In this document: piece after piece, positions 40,048-49,597 of the stretch
How the letters are laid out: each line of letters starts with the position of its first letter
Numbering within the stretch: position 1 is the stretch's first letter
Origin: Clostridia bacterium
GTDB taxonomy: Bacteria > Bacillota > Clostridia > Oscillospirales > Acutalibacteraceae
Assembly: GCA_017432165.1 (NCBI GenBank)
Contig: JAFRJS010000084.1
Coordinates: 19,408-83,407, forward strand
Direction: 5' to 3'
DNA length: 64,000 bases
Position numbers and translations under genes: made by a program
Notes under the pieces: model-generated
Told to the model about the DNA's origin: nothing
Databases searched by the model: none
The model's input: the letters and a program-made list of their open reading frames with translations, nothing else

Positions 40048-43000
40048 TTAAGTGTACCAAATTTTTCCCATTATTTCAACAGATTCAGGGGGCTTTAAAT
40101 TATTACTTGTTTTCCTGCTAAGTTTAATGGAAATTCCACCGCCGGGCCTAATCTCACCGGATTTTAAAATCAAATCACCCATGCATTCAAGAGGAATTAA
40201 ATTCTGTTTTTCATCTTTTTCCCCTATTACCCCACCGTCAATGGTTATCTTGGAATTAAAAAAGCCTTTAATATTTTTAATAAGCCCGCCTTTTACTTTT
40301 AAATCACCATTTACGGCAATTGTTGGTTTTTTCCCTTTTGAAAAATATTTTCCGGAAGTAATAACCACCCGAGAATCAGAAAAAAGAGAGTACAAAAAAC
40401 TGTTTTTTGTAACATTGTAGCTTGAACTGTTTAAATAAACTCCCACTTTTTCACCAAGTATATTTATTCCGTAGCCTTTAAAACCTATTCCATAGCCGGT
40501 ATTTACCGAAACATTATCGTTTAAGATTAAAATGCTTTTTCCATGCATCTCAAAACAATCCAAAGATTTATACAAAGAAAACGGCTTTCTTACATTATCT
40601 ATACAAATACTGCCCGCAAAAACCAAAAAAGCGTTTTCTTTTAAAACAAATTTCACATGCGCAAGTTTTGCTTCTCCACGTATGCAAAGAGGTCTATCGA
40701 TTATTACTTTACTTTCCAAAGAAAATTTATTTTCAAATTTAATTTCTTCGCAATCGGCAATTATTGTCCCCACTTTTTTATCATTTAAAGCTTCTATAAA
40801 TTCTTTTTTATTTTTCACTGTTCTTATACCGCTTTTTATTATCTTTTTGTAACTTTCATTATTTTTTAAAGCCCTTAAAAGATAAGAATAATTACTTACT
40901 TTTATTTTTTCGGGGTAATCCAAATTTTCGTAGAGCTCGGCTGCTCTGTTTATGGAAAAACTGCCATCTTTCCACGGGCAATCGGGAATATTTTTTATAA
41001 ATCCGGAAACCGTAGCGCTATCTACCCCGAATAAATCGGATCCGGTTTTTTCAAGCTTTAAAAAATCAATTTCTTTAAAATTTTTATTTTCTTTATCCCA
41101 CAAAAAAGCACTAAATTTTAAAGTTTTATCATCAACGTCAACTTCTGAATACACCGGGCCGTTTAACTTAATCATTTCATCATACGGAAAAGAAACAGGA
41201 AATTTTTGTGAATAGTTTTTAACGCCGGAAGTCCCCGGGGTTATAAACACTGTTCCTTCAGGATTACAATATGTTTTAATCGAAGTTTTGCCCTCTGAAT
41301 CTTTTGATTTTTCCACGCAAATTTTCTCGCCGTAAGCCAACATCGGAGTCCTTACATAAACATGGTCATGACCGCCAAAAACCACATCTATTTTTCCCTC
41401 GTAAGCAAGGTCAATAATCTGCTTACCGATGGCTTTAACATCGGGGTCATTGTGATGCGGTCCGTTTGAATACGGCGTTTTGTGAGTAAGAAGTATTTTC
41501 CACATGGTTTTGGCTTTTTTTGCGGTGTTTAAAGCCCAAGAATACTGCTTGGAATCTAGCTTCCCTTCTTTACCCATGTTCGTATTTAAAACTATAAAAG
41601 TAATATTATTATAAACAAATGAATAATATGCCCCGCAAGCATCATCTTGGCTTGGAAAATCCATAAAATTAAAATGCGAAAGCACAGAATTTTCTATCCC
41701 GTTTTTGTAAGAAAGCGAATTTACACGCGCTTCGTGATTACCGCTAAGCGCCACAACGGCGTTTTCCGGCCAAACCTTAGAATTTAAAATCCAAGTCCAA
41801 AACTCTTCATTATTTCCGTCATCAACAAAATCTCCCAAATGAACTAAAAAATCACTGTTTGGGGTGTTTTTCACGGCAGACTCAAGCATTTCCAAAAAAA
41901 CATCGTAGTCGCTTTTTACCATACCTTGAGAGTCCGACAAAATTAAAAATTTTGCACCATTTGAAGACCCTTTAATTTTAATTTTAAAAACCTCGCTGCT
42001 TTCGTTGTCCCCCGAAACAATTCTATAATGTAAAATCCCGGGAGTTAAATTTTTAATCGTGCAAGAATATTTAAAAAACTGCTCTGCTTTAAATTTGGAA
42101 ACAAGGCCAAAATGCAAGGCAGGAATAAGTTTTAAACTTTTGCTTGGATTTACGTTTATTTTTACGCTGCTGTTAAAATCTTTATCGTATGAATACTCCA
42201 AATAGCTGTTTTTGTCGGGGTTTTTGGTGTACCACCTGAATTTTCTTTCGACAAGGGCGTTATTTCCAAGCGAAACGGTAAAATTAAACGGTTTATTTTC
42301 GCTTTCTGTGGGTTCGTTTGATATACTACCATCGCCGCTTAAAAAATTTGAGAATATTTCTAAAATAACTTCGCTTGCACCCCTTATAAAACTTGGGCTT
42401 ACGTAACTTTTGGCAAAATTATAAATTATTTTTTTAACGTCTATATTAAAAAGTCTAATCATTTTAGAAATTTGCCCGCGGTTTGTTTTTTTGTTCAAAA
42501 AAAACCGCACAAGATACGAATCAAACGTAACTTTAAAATTAATAAATATATTTTCGCTTACTTCAGAAATAAGCTCAGAAATATACTCCGCCAAAAATTC
42601 AATCCATTTTTTTATAAATTCCCCTTTTTTTATATTTTCAAAAGCACCCTTTAACCAAGTCGGTTTTTCTTCGGCGGATTTATAATAATTAACAAGTATA
42701 AACACCGCCAAATCGTAAAGAGTTTTCTGTTCCGAGGTTTTTGGTTTGTAAATTTCCGTTTCGGAAAGATTAAATATTATATCGTCTATTTCATTTACAA
42801 TATAGTCGCTGTTTTTTATATACTTTTCTTCAATTTGATTTAAAATATCATCAAAGGATTTTAGAATTTGGCTGTTGGTAATTGTTATTTTCTTTATAAT
42901 AAACCGCAAAACGCCGCAAGGCTCAATTTGTACGCCGTCAAAGCGGTATTGTATGTCAATTCTTCCAAGGCCTCTACCAAGTTCCACCGCACGCCTTTTG

Positions 43001-43179
43001 GCAAGCTGATTTTTTATCTTGCCAAGCACAAAACTACCAACATTTATCCCCGGCAAAAACTCACCCAGGCTTTTTTTAATTCCGTTTTTCTTCAGTTTAT
43101 TTAAAAACGGCATTACGGACGAAATAACAATTTCGCTTACTTTTCCACCTTTGTATATATACTCAAATTCTTTGTCCAT
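40048..43179 (-). CDS. Large (1043 aa) calcineurin-like metallophosphoesterase-domain protein
   Basis: Central FLILSDSQG...VHLGDFVDDG...LSGNHE...GGHDHVYVR motifs. N-terminal region (about 400 aa) and C-terminal region (about 330 aa) are unassigned. No signal peptide seen. Confidence 0.8.
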   Translation of the reverse strand: MDKEFEYIYKGGKVSEIVISSVMPFLNKLKKNGIKKSLGEFLPGINVGSFVLGKIKNQLAKRRAVELGRGLGRIDIQYRFDGVQIEPCGVLRFIIKKITITNSQILKSFDDILNQIEEKYIKNSDYIVNEIDDIIFNLSETEIYKPKTSEQKTLYDLAVFILVNYYKSAEEKPTWLKGAFENIKKGEFIKKWIEFLAEYISELISEVSENIFINFKVTFDSYLVRFFLNKKTNRGQISKMIRLFNIDVKKIIYNFAKSYVSPSFIRGASEVILEIFSNFLSGDGSISNEPTESENKPFNFTVSLGNNALVERKFRWYTKNPDKNSYLEYSYDKDFNSSVKINVNPSKSLKLIPALHFGLVSKFKAEQFFKYSCTIKNLTPGILHYRIVSGDNESSEVFKIKIKGSSNGAKFLILSDSQGMVKSDYDVFLEMLESAVKNTPNSDFLVHLGDFVDDGNNEEFWTWILNSKVWPENAVVALSGNHEARVNSLSYKNGIENSVLSHFNFMDFPSQDDACGAYYSFVYNNITFIVLNTNMGKEGKLDSKQYSWALNTAKKAKTMWKILLTHKTPYSNGPHHNDPDVKAIGKQIIDLAYEGKIDVVFGGHDHVYVRTPMLAYGEKICVEKSKDSEGKTSIKTYCNPEGTVFITPGTSGVKNYSQKFPVSFPYDEMIKLNGPVYSEVDVDDKTLKFSAFLWDKENKNFKEIDFLKLEKTGSDLFGVDSATVSGFIKNIPDCPWKDGSFSINRAAELYENLDYPEKIKVSNYSYLLRALKNNESYKKIIKSGIRTVKNKKEFIEALNDKKVGTIIADCEEIKFENKFSLESKVIIDRPLCIRGEAKLAHVKFVLKENAFLVFAGSICIDNVRKPFSLYKSLDCFEMHGKSILILNDNVSVNTGYGIGFKGYGINILGEKVGVYLNSSSYNVTKNSFLYSLFSDSRVVITSGKYFSKGKKPTIAVNGDLKVKGGLIKNIKGFFNSKITIDGGVIGEKDEKQNLIPLECMGDLILKSGEIRPGGGISIKLSRKTSNNLKPPESVEIMGKIWYT

Positions 43180-43203
43180 TTTATATTTTTTCCTTTAAAA
43201 AAT

Positions 43204-44037
43204 TTATTTTCTAAGAGATTTTAGCATTTCAATTTCTTTGGCATACCCACCAAGAGTTTCTTGGGGCGTTTCAAGAATAAAAACAAGATTTTTAAGTTTA
43301 CTGTGATTTATAATTTTTTCTATTGCTTTTATGCCAATATTTCCCTTGCCGATAAGTTCATGCCTGTCCTTTTTGCTGCCAAGCGTATTCTTGCTGTCAT
43401 TTAAATGAATAACATACAATCTTTCAAGACCTATTATTTTATCAAACTCTTCAATCACACCCTCCAGATTAGAAACAATATCGTATCCACCATCAAAAAT
43501 GTGACAAGTATCCAAACAAACACCGATTTTCTCATTTATATTAATATTATCGATTATTCTTCTGAGTTCCTCAAATTTACCACCTATTTCGCTGCCTTTT
43601 CCTGCCATTGTTTCCAACAAGATAGTAGTTTTTTGCTCTTTGGTAATAATATCATTAAGGGCATCGCAGATTTGCTTTATTCCCGTTTCTGTACCTTGCC
43701 CAGTATGGCTACCGGGGTGAAAATTATAAAAACTGCCGGGTATTAAATCCGTGCGGGTTATATCATCTTTAAAAACGCTTTTTGAAAAACTCCTGATATT
43801 TTCCTTTGCGGAGCATAAATTCAGCGTATATGGGCAATGAGCCACAATAGGCGCAAAGTTTTCTTCTTTATAAATTTTTAAAAATTCATTCAAATCTTCT
43901 TTTTCAATCGGCTTAGCCACACAACCTCTGGGATTTCTTGTAAAATACTGAAACGTATTTGCACCTATTTCTTTTGCGGAAAGCGCCATGGCTTTAAATC
44001 CGCCCACCGAAGACAAATGACACCCTATTTTTAACAT
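43204..44037 (-). CDS. nfo: Endonuclease IV (AP endonuclease family 2)
   Basis: MLKIGCHLSSVGGF...GANTFQYFTRNPRG...CLDTCHIFDGGYD...IHLNDSK. Confidence 0.93.
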   Translation of the reverse strand: MLKIGCHLSSVGGFKAMALSAKEIGANTFQYFTRNPRGCVAKPIEKEDLNEFLKIYKEENFAPIVAHCPYTLNLCSAKENIRSFSKSVFKDDITRTDLIPGSFYNFHPGSHTGQGTETGIKQICDALNDIITKEQKTTILLETMAGKGSEIGGKFEELRRIIDNININEKIGVCLDTCHIFDGGYDIVSNLEGVIEEFDKIIGLERLYVIHLNDSKNTLGSKKDRHELIGKGNIGIKAIEKIINHSKLKNLVFILETPQETLGGYAKEIEMLKSLRK

Positions 44038-44063
44038 AAAAACACCTCTTTTAAACTACTTTA

Positions 44064-45512
44064 TCACTGCGTTTTTGAATTATACATATAAGAAACCGCA
44101 TAACCAAGCATAATCCAAAAAAATCCAACCATAAAAGTTACGTCAAATAAAATTGCTTTTTCAAACATACAGTACCCGCAATAAGCCACCAAAGCGGAAA
44201 AAATTCTGGCAAACACTCCATAATAATGCTTATTAAAACAAACAAACAAATGCTTGCAAACGTCCACCGCCACTACAAAAGAAAACAAACCAAAAATAGC
44301 AAGTCCCACAACACCATAACACACCAAAATGGTAAGATAGCCATTGTGAAGATCAAGGTTTATAAGCCCGCCTTCAATATATTTTTTGCCATAAGACATA
44401 AGGCTTGCCCTGCCAACCCCAAAAATCGGGTGATGTTTAAAAACTTTTAGACCCTGTTTAAAAAGCAAAATCCTTCCGCTGCTTACATCGTACGATTCAT
44501 GCCTACCAATGGTAAAATCCGAAACATTATAATCTTTTTCCTCGTTTTTAAATTCGGATTCTTTTTCCGGCAAATCTTCCATTATATCGCCCTTAAAGTT
44601 TTCAAAATTATATTTTATTATCTGCTCTTGTTTATATACTCCGGTTATAACTTCGCCTATATATTTTTGGCACATATCCCTAAACGCAAACGAAACAGAC
44701 ATCACAACTATGCAAAAACTAAAAGTAATAATCACACTTTTGATGAACTTTATAAAATAAGATGTTTCTTTTCTAAAAAACAAATTACAAAAAACCCTTA
44801 TTGTACTATAAATAATCAAAAACAAAAATGATGCGTTGGAATCGGACAAAAACAAGCAAATACAACTAATAATCACCGATAAAGTCAAAACAATGTTATT
44901 TAAATATTTATCTTTATATTTATTTTTTATGTAGTCCGTAGATAAAATATCAGCGGCAACAATGCATTCAATCATAGAAAAAGCAAGAATATTCGAATTT
45001 GTGTATATTCCAATTAATCTATTTTTGTAAATTCCAAGGTAATATCCCAAAACGCATGTTTCATTTTTTAAAAAAATAAAAAGCAAAGAGAAAAACCCGC
45101 ATATAAACCCAAAATAAACAAAAAACCTAAGCAAAAAAACCATTTCCTCTTCAGCTTTTTTATGCGGAGTTTCCGTGTGCATTCCGTAAAACATAAAAAA
45201 GTAAGAAGCATTTATATAAACAAGAACTATATTTGGCAAAAACCATACGCTAAAATTAACCACTGCCGTAATGCACATTGATAAAAGAAATAAAAATATA
45301 AGATATTTATGATCCACCTTTAAAAATCTGCGGGTATTATAAAAATTATTTATAAATATAAACACGCCCCAAATTACAACCAAGCATTTCAAAGCCCCCA
45401 TAAAAAGGTCTATAAACGCAAGCATTTCCAGCGACATTATAATTATAAGCACTGTTCTAAAAAAAGAAGTGTCTAACCGTCTCTGTTTAAGCTCAGATTT
45501 TAAGCAAAACAA
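44064..45512 (-). CDS. O-antigen ligase / Wzy_C-family polytopic membrane protein
   Basis: At least 10 TM segments and a periplasmic-loop motif HPIFGVGRAS...LHNGYLTILVCYGVVG. Start uncertain: TTG 45512 after TGGAGGA is preferred, and the track ORF extends to 45527. Confidence 0.75.
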   Translation of the reverse strand: MFCLKSELKQRRLDTSFFRTVLIIIMSLEMLAFIDLFMGALKCLVVIWGVFIFINNFYNTRRFLKVDHKYLIFLFLLSMCITAVVNFSVWFLPNIVLVYINASYFFMFYGMHTETPHKKAEEEMVFLLRFFVYFGFICGFFSLLFIFLKNETCVLGYYLGIYKNRLIGIYTNSNILAFSMIECIVAADILSTDYIKNKYKDKYLNNIVLTLSVIISCICLFLSDSNASFLFLIIYSTIRVFCNLFFRKETSYFIKFIKSVIITFSFCIVVMSVSFAFRDMCQKYIGEVITGVYKQEQIIKYNFENFKGDIMEDLPEKESEFKNEEKDYNVSDFTIGRHESYDVSSGRILLFKQGLKVFKHHPIFGVGRASLMSYGKKYIEGGLINLDLHNGYLTILVCYGVVGLAIFGLFSFVVAVDVCKHLFVCFNKHYYGVFARIFSALVAYCGYCMFEKAILFDVTFMVGFFWIMLGYAVSYMYNSKTQ

Positions 45513-45531
45513 AATAGTGTCCTCCAAAAAA

Positions 45532-46728
45532 TTAGATATTTTCCTTAACTTTTGAAATAATATATTCTACATCTTCATCAGAAAGAAGCGTGTGAAGTGG
45601 CAAAGTAACTTCGTTTTTGTACATATCATAAGCATTCGGGTAATCTTTTATATCAAAACCCAAATTTTTATACGCACTAAGAAGCGGCAAAGGCTGATAA
45701 TGTACATTCGCAGGCACACCGGCTTTTGCCAATTTTTCAATAAATTCGTTTCTTTCTTCCAAACTTTTTCCGAGAAGCCTCATAATATAAAGATGACAAC
45801 TCGATAAATTATCACCTGAAATATGATTTAAATGTTGAATATTCATGCCCTGCAGACCGCTATCATACATTTTTACAATCTCTCTGCGCCTTTTTAATAT
45901 GTTTTCATATCTTTCCAGCTGCGAAAGTCCAAGCGAAGCCATAATATCAGTCATGTTGCATTTATATGCCGGCCAAATTATGTCGTATTGCCAAGCTCCG
46001 AGTTTCGTTTTTGCAAGTGCGTCTTTATTTTGCCCATGAAGCGACAAAAGCATATAAGTTTTGTATATTTCTTCGCTGTCAATGCCTTGTATTTTTCTCC
46101 ATGTTACAGCTCCGCCTTCGCCGGTTGTAAGATTTTTAACGGCATGAAACGAAAAACACGTAAAATCAGCCACACTGCCTGATTTTTTCCCACCACGCTC
46201 AGCGCCAAAAGAATGCGCGCCGTCGGCTAAAACAACCACTCTGCCAATACTTTCTTGAATTTTGTTGTTTGGCTTAAAAATAGCTTTTTTGCTATTAACA
46301 ACTTCAAATATCTTTTCATAATCGCACATTACCCCACCCAAATCCACGGGAATAATGACTTTTGTTCTTGGAGTAATAGCGTCTGAAAGCTTTTCATAGT
46401 CCATTTCAAAGGAATTTTTTCCGGTGTCCACCAAAACAGGCGTTGCCCCAACATGGCAAATCACACTGCACGAAGCAGTGTATGTGTACGCACACGTTAT
46501 AACTTCATCTCCCGGCCCTATTCCAAGAAGCCTTAAAGTAAGCTCCAAACACGCCGTAGCGGAATTAAGCGCCGCGGCTTTTTTTGTCCCACAATACTCG
46601 GCTATTTTCTTTTCAAAAAGTTTTGTTTTCGGGCCTGTGGTTATCCATCCTGATTTTAAAGTTTCCACCACACTTTTTATATCATCTTCCGAAATATCCG
46701 GCGGCGAAAATTTAATTATACGCTCCAT
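45532..46728 (-). CDS. DegT/DnrJ/EryC1/StrS-family PLP-dependent sugar aminotransferase
   Basis: 398 aa. ISEDDIKSVVETLKSGWITTGPKT...SFHAVKNLTTGEGG (PLP lysine). Confidence 0.9.
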   Translation of the reverse strand: MERIIKFSPPDISEDDIKSVVETLKSGWITTGPKTKLFEKKIAEYCGTKKAAALNSATACLELTLRLLGIGPGDEVITCAYTYTASCSVICHVGATPVLVDTGKNSFEMDYEKLSDAITPRTKVIIPVDLGGVMCDYEKIFEVVNSKKAIFKPNNKIQESIGRVVVLADGAHSFGAERGGKKSGSVADFTCFSFHAVKNLTTGEGGAVTWRKIQGIDSEEIYKTYMLLSLHGQNKDALAKTKLGAWQYDIIWPAYKCNMTDIMASLGLSQLERYENILKRRREIVKMYDSGLQGMNIQHLNHISGDNLSSCHLYIMRLLGKSLEERNEFIEKLAKAGVPANVHYQPLPLLSAYKNLGFDIKDYPNAYDMYKNEVTLPLHTLLSDEDVEYIISKVKENI

Positions 46729-46747
46729 TTAAAAAATCTCCTCGCTT

Positions 46748-47401
46748 CTATCTTTTTATTACTGCAAAAACTGTTTTAATCATTATTTTTATATCGTAAA
46801 TTAGTCCAAATTTTTTTATATATTCCAAATTATACTTCATTTTTTGCGGCAATATTTTATTTATATATGTTTCGTCTGGGTTTGATGAATTTTTAAGCAG
46901 TTCGGCTTCGTCTTTGTAAAGTATGCTTGCCGGCGATGTTACTCCTGCGGGCAAAAGGAGGGTTGCCATCATTTCGGGCGTATAGTGCTTAACATATTTC
47001 GGCACTTCCGGGCGAGTACCAACAAAAGAAAGATCACCTTTAATTATATTAAATATTTGCGGGAATTCATCAATTCTAAACTTTCTCAGCCATTTTCCGC
47101 ATTTTGTAATTCTGGCGTCTTCGCCCGTTGTCACCTGAGCGCCCAATTCCTCAGCATTTTTTACCATTGTTCTAAATTTATAAACATAAAATATTTTACC
47201 GTAAAGTGTTACTCTTTTTTGCTTAAAAATTGCTTTTCCGGGGCTGTCGAATTTAATTATAAAATAAATAATCGCCATAAAAGGAAGCATTAAAACTGCC
47301 AAAATCAAGGAAATTATTAAATCAAAACATCTTTTTAAAAAAATTTCTGTTTTTTTATGTCTTAAAAGTTTATGATATTTCATTACCTGTTCGTTTTTCA
47401 T
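46748..47401 (-). CDS. Small phosphoglycosyl transferase (bacterial sugar transferase, PglC/WecA-unrelated monotopic type)
   Basis: KRCFDLIISLILAVLMLP...FKQKRVTLYGKIFYVYKFRTM...DEFPQIFNIIKGDLSFVGTRPE. Confidence 0.9.
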   Translation of the reverse strand: MKNEQVMKYHKLLRHKKTEIFLKRCFDLIISLILAVLMLPFMAIIYFIIKFDSPGKAIFKQKRVTLYGKIFYVYKFRTMVKNAEELGAQVTTGEDARITKCGKWLRKFRIDEFPQIFNIIKGDLSFVGTRPEVPKYVKHYTPEMMATLLLPAGVTSPASILYKDEAELLKNSSNPDETYINKILPQKMKYNLEYIKKFGLIYDIKIMIKTVFAVIKR

Positions 47402-47573
47402 AAAATCGGGAACATCTTTCCATTTTCTTAAAATAACAAATCACACCTTAAATAAAAAATTCTAAAATATAACTATTACAAGTATATTATACTACATTTT
47501 TAATAATTGTGAATATATTTGAAAAACATCGCCAAAATAAAGAATATATAAACAAAAAGGAATGATAAAATTT

Positions 47574-48251
47574 ATGACAATAGCTCTTATTCGCACTATA
47601 ATACTTTATCTTTTAATCATTTTTGGAATAAAAATGATGGGCAAACGGCAAATAAGCGACCTGCAAACATCTGAACTAGTTATAACTATTTTAATTTCTA
47701 ACATAGCCGCCGTACCGATGCAAGATTCCGCACAGCCGCTGCTTTCCGGTGTTATACCTATTATATCTTTGATTTGCTACGAAATTTTAGTTTCATTTTT
47801 AATGCTAAAAAATGCAAAAATAAGAGAAATAATATGCGGCAAACCAATAGTTTTGATAAAAGAAGGAAAAGTACAGCAATCAGCACTTAAAAACCTTAGA
47901 ATTTCAGGCGAAGATTTATTCGAACAATTAAGACAAGCAGACGTTTTTTCTTTAGATGACGTTTGGTTTGCAATCATGGAAACAAACGGTCAACTGAGCG
48001 TGCTTAAAAAACCGGAAAAACAGCCGCCCGATGCCACAATGCTAAAAATAGAAACAAACCCGGCAACAATAGACACCATTGTAGTAAGCGACGGCGTTAT
48101 CTCGGAGCATTCTCTTAAGGTTTGCAATCTTGACAAAATTTGGCTAAACAGCATTATAAAAGACCAAAACATAAAACTTGAAGATATTTTTATAATGACT
48201 GCAAACAAAGACAAAAAATTTAGCATAATAAGAAAGGAACAAAACAAATGA
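47574..48251 (+). CDS. DUF421 (YetF-like) membrane protein
   Basis: LLIIFGIKMMGKRQISDLQTSELVITILISNIAAVPMQD. Start moved to the second ATG (47574), since the first lies within the AAGGAATGA RBS-like sequence. Confidence 0.8.
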   Translation: MTIALIRTIILYLLIIFGIKMMGKRQISDLQTSELVITILISNIAAVPMQDSAQPLLSGVIPIISLICYEILVSFLMLKNAKIREIICGKPIVLIKEGKVQQSALKNLRISGEDLFEQLRQADVFSLDDVWFAIMETNGQLSVLKKPEKQPPDATMLKIETNPATIDTIVVSDGVISEHSLKVCNLDKIWLNSIIKDQNIKLEDIFIMTANKDKKFSIIRKEQNK

Positions 48252-48637
48252 AAAAAGTACTTTGGGCCGGAATTTTGGCAGTTTTTTCAGTGATATCTTG
48301 CATATTTCTTATGTTTTATATAATAAACATTTCTGATAAAACTGTTGACTCCATAAAAAGCATTCAGCAGGATTTTTCCACTTCAAATTTTAAATCGGCG
48401 CACAAAAAAGCCGAAAAACTAAACGACTACTGGGAAGAAAACCAGCATATTCTCTCTATAATGGTTCACCATGAAATGCTGGAAGAAATCGAACAATCTA
48501 TTACCCTGATAAAAACCTCAATTGATATTTCACAAGACCCAAAAAACGATAATTTTTGGATAGAAAGCAACAAAGCCACAATATATTTAGAAAATTTAAG
48601 GGAAGTAGAAATTCCAACACTTGGAAATATTTTATAA
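48248..48637 (+). CDS. Small membrane-anchored protein, DUF4363-like (usual partner of DUF421)
   Basis: 129 aa, N-terminal TM helix, helical remainder. ATGA start/stop overlap with the DUF421 gene. Family call rests on size, topology and synteny only. Confidence 0.55.
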   Translation: MKKVLWAGILAVFSVISCIFLMFYIINISDKTVDSIKSIQQDFSTSNFKSAHKKAEKLNDYWEENQHILSIMVHHEMLEEIEQSITLIKTSIDISQDPKNDNFWIESNKATIYLENLREVEIPTLGNIL

Positions 48638-48642
48638 TAATG

Positions 48643-48672
48643 TTGACATTTGTTTTCAATAATTAGTATAAT
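48643..48672 (+). promoter_or_regulatory. Consensus sigma-A type promoter
   Basis: TTGACA (48643..48648), 18-nt spacer, TATAAT (48667..48672), upstream of ORF 48745. Confidence 0.55.
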
Positions 48673-48703
48673 ATAGATATATTTGTTTCAAATATATCTA
48701 TAT
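48671..48703. promoter_or_regulatory. Perfect 15-bp inverted repeat overlapping the -10 element (candidate operator)
   Basis: ATATAGATATATTTG-TTT-CAAATATATCTATAT. Confidence 0.5.
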
Positions 48704-48744
48704 TTCAAAACAAATATAAATAAATTTTGAAAGGGGTTATACTA

Positions 48745-49575
48745 ATGAAAACTAAAAAACCTTTGTCAACAATCATTTCTCTTATTATTTTAATCTCCCC
48801 AATTTCAAGTGCCGTTCGCCCAAAGAATATGGTATTTACCGGAAAAACCTCGGAATCATTTGTGGATGATTACTTACAAATAGGCAGCCATATACCAACT
48901 CTTGGGTTCAGCAGCGCAACCCAACTAATATCATATTTAAAATATGATATAAAACACAATAAAAATCTTAATAACATTAAAGAATGTTACTATAATAATT
49001 TCAAAACGTCTTTATACAAAAATTTCATTAAAGATAATGAAGAATCGGAGCAAATTGATGACATATTTATATTCTTCTTCAGCTATATCGTAATAGGAAT
49101 TATTGCTGAAGAACTACACCACCCAACTATTGATTTTAAAGTATTAAAACAAATATTTAAGTATTTACATGGCGAAGATATGCATTTTTTGTATTATGCA
49201 TACCTCATTGCAAATTCACACCCTTATTTAAATTCAACAAAAATCTATATTGACCATGCAATTAAAAACATTGCTCAAACCGGAAAAGAAAAGCCAGTGA
49301 AAACTACCGAAGATTTAATTCATAAAACATTTAGAAAAGATTCAAAAAACAAAAACACAATAAATATACTAAAAAATGTGTACGATGAGAGCTTAACCGA
49401 CTTTAACAAATTTTTTGAAAAAAATTTAAATACTCTGACATTCCCGCAAAAGAGTATATTGGAAATTATTATTGGAATCATTTCTAATTACAAAAAAAGA
49501 GGAAACCCCGCAAACGCAATAGATTTATATAATAAATACTTTAAAGAAGCATACCCAGGAGCAAACCCCCGCTAA
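48745..49575 (+). CDS. Hypothetical secreted or membrane-anchored protein
   Basis: Start at ATG 48745 after AAAGGGG. Signal-like MKTKKPLSTIISLIILISPISSA. No recognisable family. Confidence 0.6.
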   Translation: MKTKKPLSTIISLIILISPISSAVRPKNMVFTGKTSESFVDDYLQIGSHIPTLGFSSATQLISYLKYDIKHNKNLNNIKECYYNNFKTSLYKNFIKDNEESEQIDDIFIFFFSYIVIGIIAEELHHPTIDFKVLKQIFKYLHGEDMHFLYYAYLIANSHPYLNSTKIYIDHAIKNIAQTGKEKPVKTTEDLIHKTFRKDSKNKNTINILKNVYDESLTDFNKFFEKNLNTLTFPQKSILEIIIGIISNYKKRGNPANAIDLYNKYFKEAYPGANPR

Positions 49576-49597
49576 AAATTAGCGAGGGTTCTTTTTA
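49566..49597. terminator. Bidirectional terminator between convergent genes
   Basis: CCCCCGCTAA-AAA-TTAGCGAGGG hairpin (one mismatch) followed by TTCTTTTTA. Lies between the stop of ORF 48745..49575 and the stop of fba. Confidence 0.55.
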
